Shown here: positions 1-9,019 of the stretch, in pieces
Position numbering within the stretch: position 1 is the stretch's first letter
Layout of the letters: each line of letters starts with the position of its first letter
Source of the DNA: Polyangiales bacterium
GTDB taxonomy: Bacteria; Myxococcota_A; Polyangia; Polyangiales; Ga0077539
Length of the DNA stretch: 64,000 nt
Direction: 5' to 3'
Assembly (NCBI GenBank): GCA_044229975.1
Contig: JBGARZ010000002.1
Span: 704,001 to 768,000 of the forward strand
Notes under the pieces: model-generated
Told to the model about the DNA's origin: nothing
The model's input: the letters and a program-made list of their open reading frames with translations, nothing else
Databases searched by the model: none
Program-made: the position numbers and the translations under genes

Positions 1-1579
1 CGACGAGCTCACCGCCCACGCGGCCCCGCATCACCCGGCCGCGCTCGGTGGCGCTCGTGCGAAGCTGGATCGTCACGTTGACGGGGGCCATCGGCGGCAC
101 CACCGGCACCGTCGGGCCGACCCCAGGCGCCGGCACGACCGGCGGCGGTGTCGTCAGCGGGCGAACGATGGGCGGGACGGTGGATGGATCGTCGGCGGGC
201 ACTGGTGCGGGACCCACCAACGCATAGCCGCCGACGCCGAGCATGACGCCCGCGCTCACCACGGCGCCCGCGAGCACCCACCCCCAGCGACGACTGGTCG
301 CGGGCAGCGGCTGCGGGGGCGGAACAACGCTGACCCCAGGCGCCGTGTCGGCGGGCGGGCGCTGCGACGGCGGCCCCATCGTGGGCTGCGACGAGCGATC
401 GACCGAGCTGGTCGATGCGATGGGGGACGGGCGGATCCATGTTCCGTCGTCGAGGGCCGGGGGGATGGTCTCGGGCCCCGGCCGACGCAGCCTGAACTCC
501 GCGCGCGTCGCGCCATCGAGTGACTGCAACGCCGGGAGCATTCCGCGGCTGAACTGCGCCGTCGCCTGGTCGGAGTCGTCGAGCGCGCGCGGCACCTCCC
601 CCGCGCGACACCGTTCAAGGTCTTCGCGCACGTCGTCGAGGGAGTCGTAGCGAGCGTCCTTCGTCTTCGCGAGGCACCGCAGGATGACGGCCTCGAACGC
701 GGGCGTCATGCGCTCGCACTCGGGGTAGACGCGGGGCGAGACGGGCGTGTGATAGAGGTGCGCCGTCAGGATGCCCATGAGGTTGTCGGCGTCGAAGGGC
801 ACCTTGCCGGTGGCCATCTCGTACATGAGCACGCCGAGCCCGTAGATGTCCGTCTTGTGATCGATGTTGCGATCGCCCGACGCCTGCTCCGGGGACATGT
901 AGTGGGGCGTCCCAAACACCGAGCCGGTGCGCGTCTTCTGGGCCTTCGAGTTCTGCACCTTGGCGATGCCGAAATCGAGGATCTTCACGAAGTACGGCTC
1001 GTCGGCCTTCCGCACGATGTGGAAGTTGTCGGGCTTGATGTCGCGGTGCACGACGCCGATGGCGTGCGCGGCGCCGAGGCCCTCGCAGATCTGCGTCGCG
1101 AGGTGGATGGTGAACTCCTCGGACATCGGCTGCCGACGGTCACTGCCCGCGGGCTTGGGCATGCGCGCGAGCACGTCGCCGAGCGATCGCCCCTCCAGGT
1201 ACTCCATCACGAAGAAGCGCGAGTTGTCGGGCAGCGACCCCCAGTCGTAGATCTCGACGATGTGCGGGTTGTTGATCGACGCCGCGGCGCGCGCCTCCTG
1301 CTCGAAGCGCACCACGAGGTCTTCCTCGGCGCTGTACTCCGCGCGCAGCACCTTCACTGCGTAGCGGATGCCGCTCTGGATGTCGCGCGCGCTGTAGACC
1401 ACCCCCATGCCGCCGTCGCCGAGCACGCCGTCGACCGCGTAGCGGTTGAGGATCGTCGTGCCCACCAGCCGCTCGCGCTCGGACGCCACCACCAGGAGGT
1501 CGAGCACCGCGCCGTCGACGTCGCAGATACGCGCGTTCGATTCGAGAAAGCGCTTACCGCATTTGGGACACTGTCGCAT
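1..1579 (-). CDS. Membrane-anchored Ser/Thr protein kinase with N-terminal zinc-ribbon-like segment; runs off the left edge
   Basis: Translated by hand (absent from the ORF track): MRQCPKCG...LGDGGMGVVY...YAVKVL...HRDIKPDN...KILDFGIAK...GTPHYMSPE; in-frame TM segment WVLAGAVVSAGVMLGVGGYALV near 220-290; SD-like GAGAGGG before the ATG. Confidence 0.93.
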   Translation of the reverse strand, partial: MRQCPKCGKRFLESNARICDVDGAVLDLLVVASERERLVGTTILNRYAVDGVLGDGGMGVVYSARDIQSGIRYAVKVLRAEYSAEEDLVVRFEQEARAAASINNPHIVEIYDWGSLPDNSRFFVMEYLEGRSLGDVLARMPKPAGSDRRQPMSEEFTIHLATQICEGLGAAHAIGVVHRDIKPDNFHIVRKADEPYFVKILDFGIAKVQNSKAQKTRTGSVFGTPHYMSPEQASGDRNIDHKTDIYGLGVLMYEMATGKVPFDADNLMGILTAHLYHTPVSPRVYPECERMTPAFEAVILRCLAKTKDARYDSLDDVREDLERCRAGEVPRALDDSDQATAQFSRGMLPALQSLDGATRAEFRLRRPGPETIPPALDDGTWIRPSPIASTSSVDRSSQPTMGPPSQRPPADTAPGVSVVPPPQPLPATSRRWGWVLAGAVVSAGVMLGVGGYALVGPAPVPADDPSTVPPIVRPLTTPPPVVPAPGVGPTVPVVPPMAPVNVTIQLRTSATERGRVMRGRVGGELV

Positions 1580-1689
1580 CGCCCTCTCGTCGCGCGGTGG
1601 GGACAGTGCCCTCCGGTGCCGCCGACCGTCGGTGACAGGTAGCGCTTTCGCCGCCCCGAAACAAGCGCGCAACGCCGCCAGCGGTCAGC

Positions 1690-2700
1690 TCAATGGCGCC
1701 GGCGCATCTCCGTCACCCGCGCCAGGGCCGCCGCCGCGCGGTCATGCAGCGCCGGGTCGGTCGCGCCCGCCGCCACCGCACGAAGGCCCGCCTCGGCGCC
1801 CGCGAGGTCACCCCGCTCGGCCAGCATGAGCGCGAGCACGTACCGATAGGTGAAGTCCTGCGGCGCATCACGAACGGCCTGCGTCGCCTGGGCGACCCCG
1901 CCGTCGAGGTCGCGATTGGCCCAGAGCGCCTGCGCGAGCTCGACCCGCAGCGCCGGGGTCGGCGCCGTCCGCACGGCCCGCTGGAGCGCCTCGACCGCCA
2001 GGCGCGCCTCACCGAGCCGACGGAGTGCAGGCCCGGCCAGACCGTGGACCGACGCGTCCGACGGAGCCCGACGCATGGCCTCGCGGAGCATGCCGACCGC
2101 CTCGACCCGCGCCGTCGGGTCGGCGACGCGCGACGGGTCGGCGAGCAACAGCCCAAGGCTCAACGGGGCCCGCGCGTCGGAGTGAAGCCGCGCCGCGGCC
2201 GCGCGAAACGCCGCCGTCGCACCTGGGATGTCGCCCAGCTCTTCCAGGCAGAAGCCCAGGTCGAGCTGCGCCTCGCCGAGCAGCGGCGCCCGCTGCAACG
2301 CCTGCCTCAGCGACGTGACCGCGTCGCGCGGACGCCCCAGCTCACGCAAGGCCACCGCGCGCTGCACCATCGCCTCGACCAGCGTCGCGTCCATGCCCAC
2401 GGCCTCCGCGTACCGGGCCTCGGCGGCGGCCCACTGCGACCGCGTCCGCGCCACCTCGCCCAGGTAGAACACCGGCCGCGCATCGCGCGGATCGAGCCGC
2501 CGCGCCGCCTCGAAGCGGGCCTCGGCCCCGGCGACGTCGCCGCCCCGCAGCAGCACCTCTCCCGCCGTGTACTCGCGCTCCGCCGGCGTCGGATCGGTCG
2601 TCATCCCGCGGATGGGAAACGGCAGCCGCGGCCGCTGGGCGGAGGCCGTCGTCGAGGCCACCAGGCCCGCCATCACCAGCGCGCAAAACCCTCGTCTCAT
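1690..2700 (-). CDS. Exported tetratricopeptide-repeat protein
   Basis: Signal peptide ending ASA-Q; repeated TPR-like helices (AEARFEAARRLDP, LRQALQRAP, YRYVLALML); 4-nt overlap with glnD stop. Confidence 0.8.
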   Translation of the reverse strand: MRRGFCALVMAGLVASTTASAQRPRLPFPIRGMTTDPTPAEREYTAGEVLLRGGDVAGAEARFEAARRLDPRDARPVFYLGEVARTRSQWAAAEARYAEAVGMDATLVEAMVQRAVALRELGRPRDAVTSLRQALQRAPLLGEAQLDLGFCLEELGDIPGATAAFRAAAARLHSDARAPLSLGLLLADPSRVADPTARVEAVGMLREAMRRAPSDASVHGLAGPALRRLGEARLAVEALQRAVRTAPTPALRVELAQALWANRDLDGGVAQATQAVRDAPQDFTYRYVLALMLAERGDLAGAEAGLRAVAAGATDPALHDRAAAALARVTEMRRRH

Positions 2701-5429
2701 GTCGCCTCCACAGCTTGCAGCAGCGCCGCCTGCACGTCGCCGAAGCGGGCCTCCGGGACCTTCGCTCCGTCGCTCGCGGTTACGTAGAAGACGTCCGCCG
2801 CGCGCCGACCTTCGGTGTTCACCTTCGCCAACCTGATCTCCAATCCGAGCCGATGGTGCGCCCGCGCCACCGTGTGCAGGAAGCCCGGCCGGTCGCGGCC
2901 GAACACCTCGATCACCGTCGCCGCTTCGCTCGCGTCGTTGTGCAGGAGCACCCGCGCCTCCACCGACGGCTCGCGCCGCGCCATGCCCGCCCTCCCCCGC
3001 ATCATCGCGACCACCGAGTCTCCGTCGAGGCGCCCGGCGACCACCGCGTCGAGCTGCTGCGCGAGCCGCTGCTCCAGGCCCACGAGCTCGCGCGACGTCG
3101 GGTCGGGGTGTCGCACCACGAACACATCGACCACGTCGGCGCCCACCGAATGGATCTCCGCCCGCTGGATATCCAGGCGATGCGCGAACAGGAGCCCGGT
3201 CAGATCGGACAGCAGCCCCGGGCGGTCGGGGGCGTGCACGAGCACCTCGTAGAGCCCGGCACCGACCGCGTCGTCGACCGGCTGCAGCCGCAGCCTCGCC
3301 TCGCCCGGCGCCACGTCGTGGAGCGCCCGCGCGTGGCGCATCACCTCCCTCGGCGAGGCGGCCTGGAGGTATCTCGTCGGCATCGAGCGCACCCAGCGAA
3401 CGACGGCGTCGTCCGTCGTTCCATTCAGCCCGAGCGCGCGACCCACGATCGACTCGCGCTGCCGTTCGGCGCCGACGCCCTCCTCGCGGAGCGCCTCCTC
3501 GGCGCGCTGGTAGAGCTCATCGAGCAGGCGCGCCTTCCACGCCGTCATCGCCGTCGGCGAGGTGGTGGACAGGTCGGCCACCGTGAGGAGGAAGAGCGCC
3601 TGCAAGCGCCACGGCTCACCCACTAGCGCCGTGACCTGCGCGAGCGTCGACGGGTCGGAAAGATCGCGCCGGGTGGCAAGGTGGTAGAGCGTGAGGTGCT
3701 CCCGCACGAGCCACGCGACGGTCGCCGCGTCGTCGGCGTCGAGGCCCAGGCGCAGCGCGATGGGCGGCGCCATCTCCGCGCCGACCTTGCTGTGTGCGCG
3801 ACCGTGACTCTTGCCGATGTCGTGCAGGAGCGTCGCGAGCAGCAGCACCACCCGCCGATCGACCGTCGCCATGAGCCGCGCCGAGAGCGCGAAGTCACCC
3901 GAGAGCTCACCGCGGCTGAGCGCGTGCAGCCGGTCGACCGCCGCCACCGAGTGAACGTCCACCGTGTACACGTGATAGACGTCGTGCTGAACGCGGGCGG
4001 TGACGGCGCCAAACTCGGGGATGAGCGCGAGCATGAGCCCGAGGTCGTGCAGGTCGACGAGCACGCTCTGGGTGTTGTCGGGCGTCCCCGAGACGCCTGC
4101 GCCCTCAGCGCTCGGCGCCACCCGATGGGCGCTGTCGAGCAGGCGCAGGAAGCAGCTCGACGCCTCGGGAGTGGCCCTCAATCGCTCGCACCACGCGGGG
4201 TCGCCGGCCGCGCTCGCGACGCTCGAACGCGACGACGACGCCACCGGGAGCTGATGCAACAGCGCCGTCTCGATGAGCCGCAAGGCGACCGACGGATCGC
4301 GCTGGAGCTCATCAGCCGAGGCGAGGCAGACGTGGCCGTCGAAGCGCGCGACCCCGTCGGCCAGCGGGTGCGCACGTCGGGCGTGGTCGGGCGCGCGCCC
4401 CGCTCGACTGCGGGCGAGCACGTGGGAGAGGTGCGACGCGACGCCCCGCGCGTGGCGGTAGTACTCGGACATCAAGCGCTCTGCCGCGGCGGCCACGGCG
4501 CGCGTCGCGTCACCGCCCGCGTCGGCACCTTCGAAGAACCCCAACGCCGCGGCGCACTCCTCCTGTGCGTCGAAGGTGACCCGATCGTTGCGGCGGGCCG
4601 ACCGGGCGTGGAGGGCGGCGCGGAGCTGGAGGTGAAACTCCCGCGCGGCGGTGAGCGCGTCGTGTTCGGTCTGTGACAACGCACCGATGCCGAGAGCCTC
4701 TGCGAAGTCCGGCGCACGCATGCGAGCGCGCAGCGTCCAGCGGATGATGTCGAGGTCACGCAATCCCCCCCGGCCGAGCTTCACGTCGGGCTCCAGGAGG
4801 TACACGGTGGCGCCGAAGCGCTCGTGGCGCAGACGGAGTTCGTCGCGGAGGGCGTCGATGAAGTTCGCCAGCTCGCGCTCCCCGCGCAGGCCCGCGGAGC
4901 GCTCGCGCAGCGCGTCGGCGAGCCCGCGATCACCCGCCAGGAAGCGCAGGTCGAGGAGCATCGTTCGGGTTCGCAGGTCGTCCCTCGCCTCGCTCACGAT
5001 GCCGTCGACGTCGTGCACCGCGTGACCGACGCTGACCTTCGCGTCCCACAGCGGATAGAGCATCGCCTCGGCGAGCTCACGCACCGGCGGCGACTCGGGC
5101 TTCTCGGCGAGCAGTACGAGGTCGAGGTCGCTGCCGGGCGAGAGCTGTCGACGGCCGTACCCACCCACGGCCATCAGCGCGATGCGGCCACGGCCCCGGG
5201 ACTTCGGCCAGCGCGCGAGGCAGTCCGCGACGTGCTCCCCCACGAGCGCGTCGTAGGCGTCGGAGATGCGGCCCGCGTGCTCGGAGCCGCCGCGCCCGGC
5301 GAGGGCTTCAGCACGCAGGGCGTCCATGCTCGCGCGAAAGGCCGCGAAGGCCGCGTCGGGCAGCGGGTGGCGGGTGGCGTGCGCGCTCACGGGCGCCGGA
5401 GGATGCACGGCCCCAACCCCGCGCGACAA
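2697..5429 (-). CDS. glnD: [Protein-PII] uridylyltransferase/uridylyl-removing enzyme (start uncertain)
   Basis: AVGGYGRRQLSPGSDLDL nucleotidyltransferase motif; EPDVKLGRGGLRD; HVYTVDVH and LLHDIGK (HD domain); two ACT domains (DRPGLL, DRPGFL). Confidence 0.95.
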   Translation of the reverse strand: MSRGVGAVHPPAPVSAHATRHPLPDAAFAAFRASMDALRAEALAGRGGSEHAGRISDAYDALVGEHVADCLARWPKSRGRGRIALMAVGGYGRRQLSPGSDLDLVLLAEKPESPPVRELAEAMLYPLWDAKVSVGHAVHDVDGIVSEARDDLRTRTMLLDLRFLAGDRGLADALRERSAGLRGERELANFIDALRDELRLRHERFGATVYLLEPDVKLGRGGLRDLDIIRWTLRARMRAPDFAEALGIGALSQTEHDALTAAREFHLQLRAALHARSARRNDRVTFDAQEECAAALGFFEGADAGGDATRAVAAAAERLMSEYYRHARGVASHLSHVLARSRAGRAPDHARRAHPLADGVARFDGHVCLASADELQRDPSVALRLIETALLHQLPVASSSRSSVASAAGDPAWCERLRATPEASSCFLRLLDSAHRVAPSAEGAGVSGTPDNTQSVLVDLHDLGLMLALIPEFGAVTARVQHDVYHVYTVDVHSVAAVDRLHALSRGELSGDFALSARLMATVDRRVVLLLATLLHDIGKSHGRAHSKVGAEMAPPIALRLGLDADDAATVAWLVREHLTLYHLATRRDLSDPSTLAQVTALVGEPWRLQALFLLTVADLSTTSPTAMTAWKARLLDELYQRAEEALREEGVGAERQRESIVGRALGLNGTTDDAVVRWVRSMPTRYLQAASPREVMRHARALHDVAPGEARLRLQPVDDAVGAGLYEVLVHAPDRPGLLSDLTGLLFAHRLDIQRAEIHSVGADVVDVFVVRHPDPTSRELVGLEQRLAQQLDAVVAGRLDGDSVVAMMRGRAGMARREPSVEARVLLHNDASEAATVIEVFGRDRPGFLHTVARAHHRLGLEIRLAKVNTEGRRAADVFYVTASDGAKVPEARFGDVQAALLQAVEAT

Positions 5430-5432
5430 CCC

Positions 5433-6629
5433 TCAGCCGCCGGGGATGTGCTCGTCGATGGCGCGCGCGATGGAGCCCGCGAGCAGGTCTCGATACGCCT
5501 CCGAGCGCAGCCGTTGCTCCTCGGTGAGGTTGGAGATGAACGACAGCTCCACGAGCACCGCGGGCATGCGCGTCGTCACGAGCACATGGAAGCGCGCCGG
5601 GTGCACGCCCATGTCCTCGACCTGGGGATAGAGCAGCCGCGCGTCGTGCAGCATCGCGCGCTGGATCGACGACGCGAAGCCAACGGAGTCCCTGCCGTGC
5701 CGAGACAGGCTGAGATCGGCGAGGATGCGCGAGACATCCCAGGTGCCCGCCGTCTCGCCGTCGACGAGCTCGCCCTCGCGGGCGGTCAGCCGCGCCGCGA
5801 CGCGCGGGCTCTCCTCCAGCGCGAAGGTCGAGATGCCGCGGGCCTCGCGGTTGTTGGCGGCGTTGCAGTGGATGGAGACGAAGAGGTCGGCCGTGGTCCC
5901 GTTGGCGTGCGCCGCGCGCTGCTCCAACGGAACGAACACGTCGCGATCACGCGTCAGCGCGACCTGGAATCCGTAACGAAGCGCGAGGCGATCGGCGAGG
6001 CGTCGCGCGACGTCGAGGGTGACCTCGGCCTCCTTGAGTCCGGTCGGGCCGATGGCTCCGGGGTCGGTTCCTCCGTGGCCGGCGTCGATGACGACACGAC
6101 GATGTCGCGCCTCCTGCGTTCGCGGGCTCGCCGGGTGGGCCTGCGCGGTCGCTCCGGTGCAGCGCGCGAGCGACGTCTGCAACGCCGCCTGCGCTCGTGC
6201 CCGCTCCCCGACGCGGTCGAGCAGCGACGCGAGCGAGCGAACGTCTTCGCACTCCGTGAGCGCGCCCGTCGCAGGCAGCGCGGCGAGCAGGAAGTCCCTC
6301 GCACGCGATCGGTCGCGGAGGTTGTGCTGCCGGTCGGCGCGTTCGAGCAGCAGCGCGCCCGCGAGTCTCATGGCCGCCCCGCGCTGTCGCGCGTCGTCCG
6401 AGCCCGCGAGCGACAGCCGCTGCACGAGGTCATCGACGCCCGGAACGGTGCGCCCCGCGCGGAGCGCCTCCACCTTCGCGCGCGCTTCACTGAAGACGTC
6501 TTTCGAGGCAGGGAGATCGGGCACCGACTCCAACGAGTCGGCCCTCGTCGGCGACGCGCCCGCGTTGCCGCACGACGAGGTCGACCCGCTCAGCAACACC
6601 CACGACACGACGGCGACCGACCAGCGCAC
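5433..6629 (-). CDS. N-acetylmuramoyl-L-alanine amidase (Amidase_3), probably a lipoprotein
   Basis: VVIDAGHGGTDPGA, LTRDRD, FVSIHCNA and PAVLVELSFISN zinc-amidase motifs; GTG at 6629 gives a signal with STSSC. Confidence 0.92.
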   Translation of the reverse strand: MRWSVAVVSWVLLSGSTSSCGNAGASPTRADSLESVPDLPASKDVFSEARAKVEALRAGRTVPGVDDLVQRLSLAGSDDARQRGAAMRLAGALLLERADRQHNLRDRSRARDFLLAALPATGALTECEDVRSLASLLDRVGERARAQAALQTSLARCTGATAQAHPASPRTQEARHRRVVIDAGHGGTDPGAIGPTGLKEAEVTLDVARRLADRLALRYGFQVALTRDRDVFVPLEQRAAHANGTTADLFVSIHCNAANNREARGISTFALEESPRVAARLTAREGELVDGETAGTWDVSRILADLSLSRHGRDSVGFASSIQRAMLHDARLLYPQVEDMGVHPARFHVLVTTRMPAVLVELSFISNLTEEQRLRSEAYRDLLAGSIARAIDEHIPGG

Positions 6630-6733
6630 AGCCCCGTCGGGGTAGCAGGGAGCCAACGATCGCCCGCAATTTCCTGCAACCCCTTGTCCGTCACGGGTGA
6701 CGCCTCACAGACCGCCGCCCTATCATCTGCCCC

Positions 6734-7774
6734 GTGACACCACGCCTGCTCCAGGTCGACAACTTCACCCCCACGAGCCGGACGCCCTGGGGCGGCACAC
6801 GCATCGCCGCCGAGCTCAAGCACGACCTCGCGGCCCTGCCCCCCGGACTCGTGGTCGGGGAGAGCTGGGAGTTCTCCGTCGAGCCCGACTTCCCGAGCCG
6901 CGTGCACGGCACCACCACCACCCTCGCCGAGTGGATCGCCTCCGACCCGACCGCGATCCTCGGCCGCGAGGCTGACGGCCGCGGCGGCACCGCCCTGCTG
7001 GTGAAGCTCCTCGATGCGGCCGACGAGCTCTCGGTGCAGATCCATCCGTCGGACGGCGACCCGCTCCTTCGTGTGGGCGAATCCGGCAAGCCCGAGTGCT
7101 GGTACGCGGTGGCCGCCGACGCGGGCGCGGGCGTCTACCTCGGACTCGCGGACGGCGTCTCTCGTGAGGCGCTCGGTGACGCGCTCCGCTCGGGCGCAGA
7201 CGTCTCGCGCATGCTGGCCTTCGTGCCCGTCGAGGTCGGCGACTTCCTGCTCATCGAGGCCGGGACAGCGCACGCCATCGGCCGCGGCCTCACGCTCGTC
7301 GAGCCCCAACGCGTACTCCCCGGCTGCCGCGGTCTCACCTACCGCTACTGGGACTGGAACCGTCGCTACGACTCCACCGGACGCACCACCCCGGCGGGTC
7401 AGGCGCGCGCCCTCCACGTCGACGAGGCGCTCGCCGTGACCCGTTGGGATGCCCCACGTGGCGAAGCCCTCCTCGCCACCTGTCGGGTGCGCGCCGGTCG
7501 CCCCGACCTCGCCGCCGCCGCGCGATACACCGACCTCGCCGGACGAAGCGCCGGTCTACGCAGCGGCCATCTCCAGGTGGCGCGCATCGCGGGCACCGGC
7601 GACGTCGACCTGCCCGACTGGAACGCCCTCCGCGCGCTCACGGTCGTCGACGGCGCGGTCACCATCGACGGCGTCACGGTCTCGCGCGGTCAGTCCGCGG
7701 CCGTGCCTGCGAGCGGCGGTGTACGTCGCGCCTCCCTGCGGGGCGCACACGCCATCATCTCAGCCGTGTATTGA
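6734..7774 (+). CDS. Class I mannose-6-phosphate isomerase family protein
   Basis: PWGG, GESWE, LLVKLLDA..LSVQIHP, GKPECWY and AGTAHAIG motifs. Confidence 0.88.
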   Translation: MTPRLLQVDNFTPTSRTPWGGTRIAAELKHDLAALPPGLVVGESWEFSVEPDFPSRVHGTTTTLAEWIASDPTAILGREADGRGGTALLVKLLDAADELSVQIHPSDGDPLLRVGESGKPECWYAVAADAGAGVYLGLADGVSREALGDALRSGADVSRMLAFVPVEVGDFLLIEAGTAHAIGRGLTLVEPQRVLPGCRGLTYRYWDWNRRYDSTGRTTPAGQARALHVDEALAVTRWDAPRGEALLATCRVRAGRPDLAAAARYTDLAGRSAGLRSGHLQVARIAGTGDVDLPDWNALRALTVVDGAVTIDGVTVSRGQSAAVPASGGVRRASLRGAHAIISAVY

Positions 7775-7802
7775 AAGAAGGGTAGCGAGAGACCGACGAC
7801 GC

Positions 7803-9011
7803 TCAGGCGCCGGCGGTGCTCTCGGACGAGGCGGGCGGGGTCGGCGCGGTCGGGGTGACCGTGATGCCGCCATCGTGGAAGAAGCGCGAGTCGATCCACT
7901 CGGTGAGCGGGGCCGCCACGTAGATGGAGCTGTACGTCCCAGCCAGCACGCCGACGATCATCGCCCAGGCGAAGTCGCGGATGACGCCGGTGCCGATGAA
8001 CACGAAGGCCGACACCGACAGCACCACCGTCACGGAGGTGAGGATGGTGCGCGAGAGCATCTCGCTCACCGACAGGTTGATGATGTCGAGCATCCGCGCG
8101 TTGCGCTTCTTGGCGAGGTTCTCTCGGATACGGTCGTACACGATGATGGTGTCGTTCATCGAGTAGCCCACCACGGTGAGAATCGCGGCCACCGTGGAGA
8201 TGGTGACCTCCTTGCGGGTGATGACGAAGAACCCGAGCGTCACCACCGAGTCGTGGAAGAGCGCGAGGATGCCGCCCGGCGCGAACCGCAGATCGAAGCG
8301 GAACGCCACGTAGATCATGATGAAGACGATGGAGTAGAGCACCGCGCGGAGGGCCGCGTACCGGAGCTCGGCGCCTGCCTTCGGCGAGACCCACACGCTA
8401 GCGTTGAGCCGACCGTTGACGCCGACGCCGTCGGAGGCGACGAGCCCGCGGAAGATCTCGTCGCCGATGCCCACGAGCGGCACCTGCCAGCGATGCTCCT
8501 CGGTGGCGCCCATCTGGAGCGCCACTTCGCCGCGCACGTTGGCGCCCGCGGAGCGGACGAGCTCGGCCACCCGCTGGCCCGAGAGGGTGCTCTCGTTGAG
8601 CTGCACCACGATGTGATCGCCGCCCGGCGAGAGGCGGAAGTCACCGAGGGTGCCCGCGCCCTCGACGCCCGCGAGGCTCTGCGACAGCGCGCGGCGGATC
8701 TCCCCGCTGCGGGCCGTGCTGATGGGCGAGCTCTTCTCCACGCGGATGAGAAACTCGTTGGGGCGCTGCGTGGGCACCACCTCGGAGTGGTCGTGGCCCA
8801 TGCGTTCGAGCACCCCGCGCACACGCCCGGCGTCGACGCTGCCGTCGAACTGCACGGTGAGCTCGGTGCCTCCGAGGAAGTCGATGCCGTACTTGGGGCC
8901 CGGCTTGAAGACCAGGATCGTCGAGATGATGGTCAAGAAGATCGAGAAGCTGATCCAGTACTTCCGGACCGACATGAAGTCGTAGACGCGGTGGCTTCTA
9001 TTGAATTCCAT
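7803..9011 (-). CDS. secF: Protein translocase subunit SecF
   Basis: GIDFLGGT, YVAFRF, ALFHD, GYSMNDTIIVYDRIREN, GTYSSIYVA; real start MEFNRSH at 9011, just after the secD stop. Confidence 0.96.
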   Translation of the reverse strand: MEFNRSHRVYDFMSVRKYWISFSIFLTIISTILVFKPGPKYGIDFLGGTELTVQFDGSVDAGRVRGVLERMGHDHSEVVPTQRPNEFLIRVEKSSPISTARSGEIRRALSQSLAGVEGAGTLGDFRLSPGGDHIVVQLNESTLSGQRVAELVRSAGANVRGEVALQMGATEEHRWQVPLVGIGDEIFRGLVASDGVGVNGRLNASVWVSPKAGAELRYAALRAVLYSIVFIMIYVAFRFDLRFAPGGILALFHDSVVTLGFFVITRKEVTISTVAAILTVVGYSMNDTIIVYDRIRENLAKKRNARMLDIINLSVSEMLSRTILTSVTVVLSVSAFVFIGTGVIRDFAWAMIVGVLAGTYSSIYVAAPLTEWIDSRFFHDGGITVTPTAPTPPASSESTAGA

Positions 9012-9019
9012 GACGGTTC

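Noticed and set aside
749..1642. 297-aa plus-strand ORF, and similar long ORFs (4824-6737, 9203-11107, 30731-32794, 34333-36261, 41458-43323, 62502-63980)
   Set aside because: Antisense or alternate-frame shadows of well-supported genes, expected at high GC; no recognisable motifs
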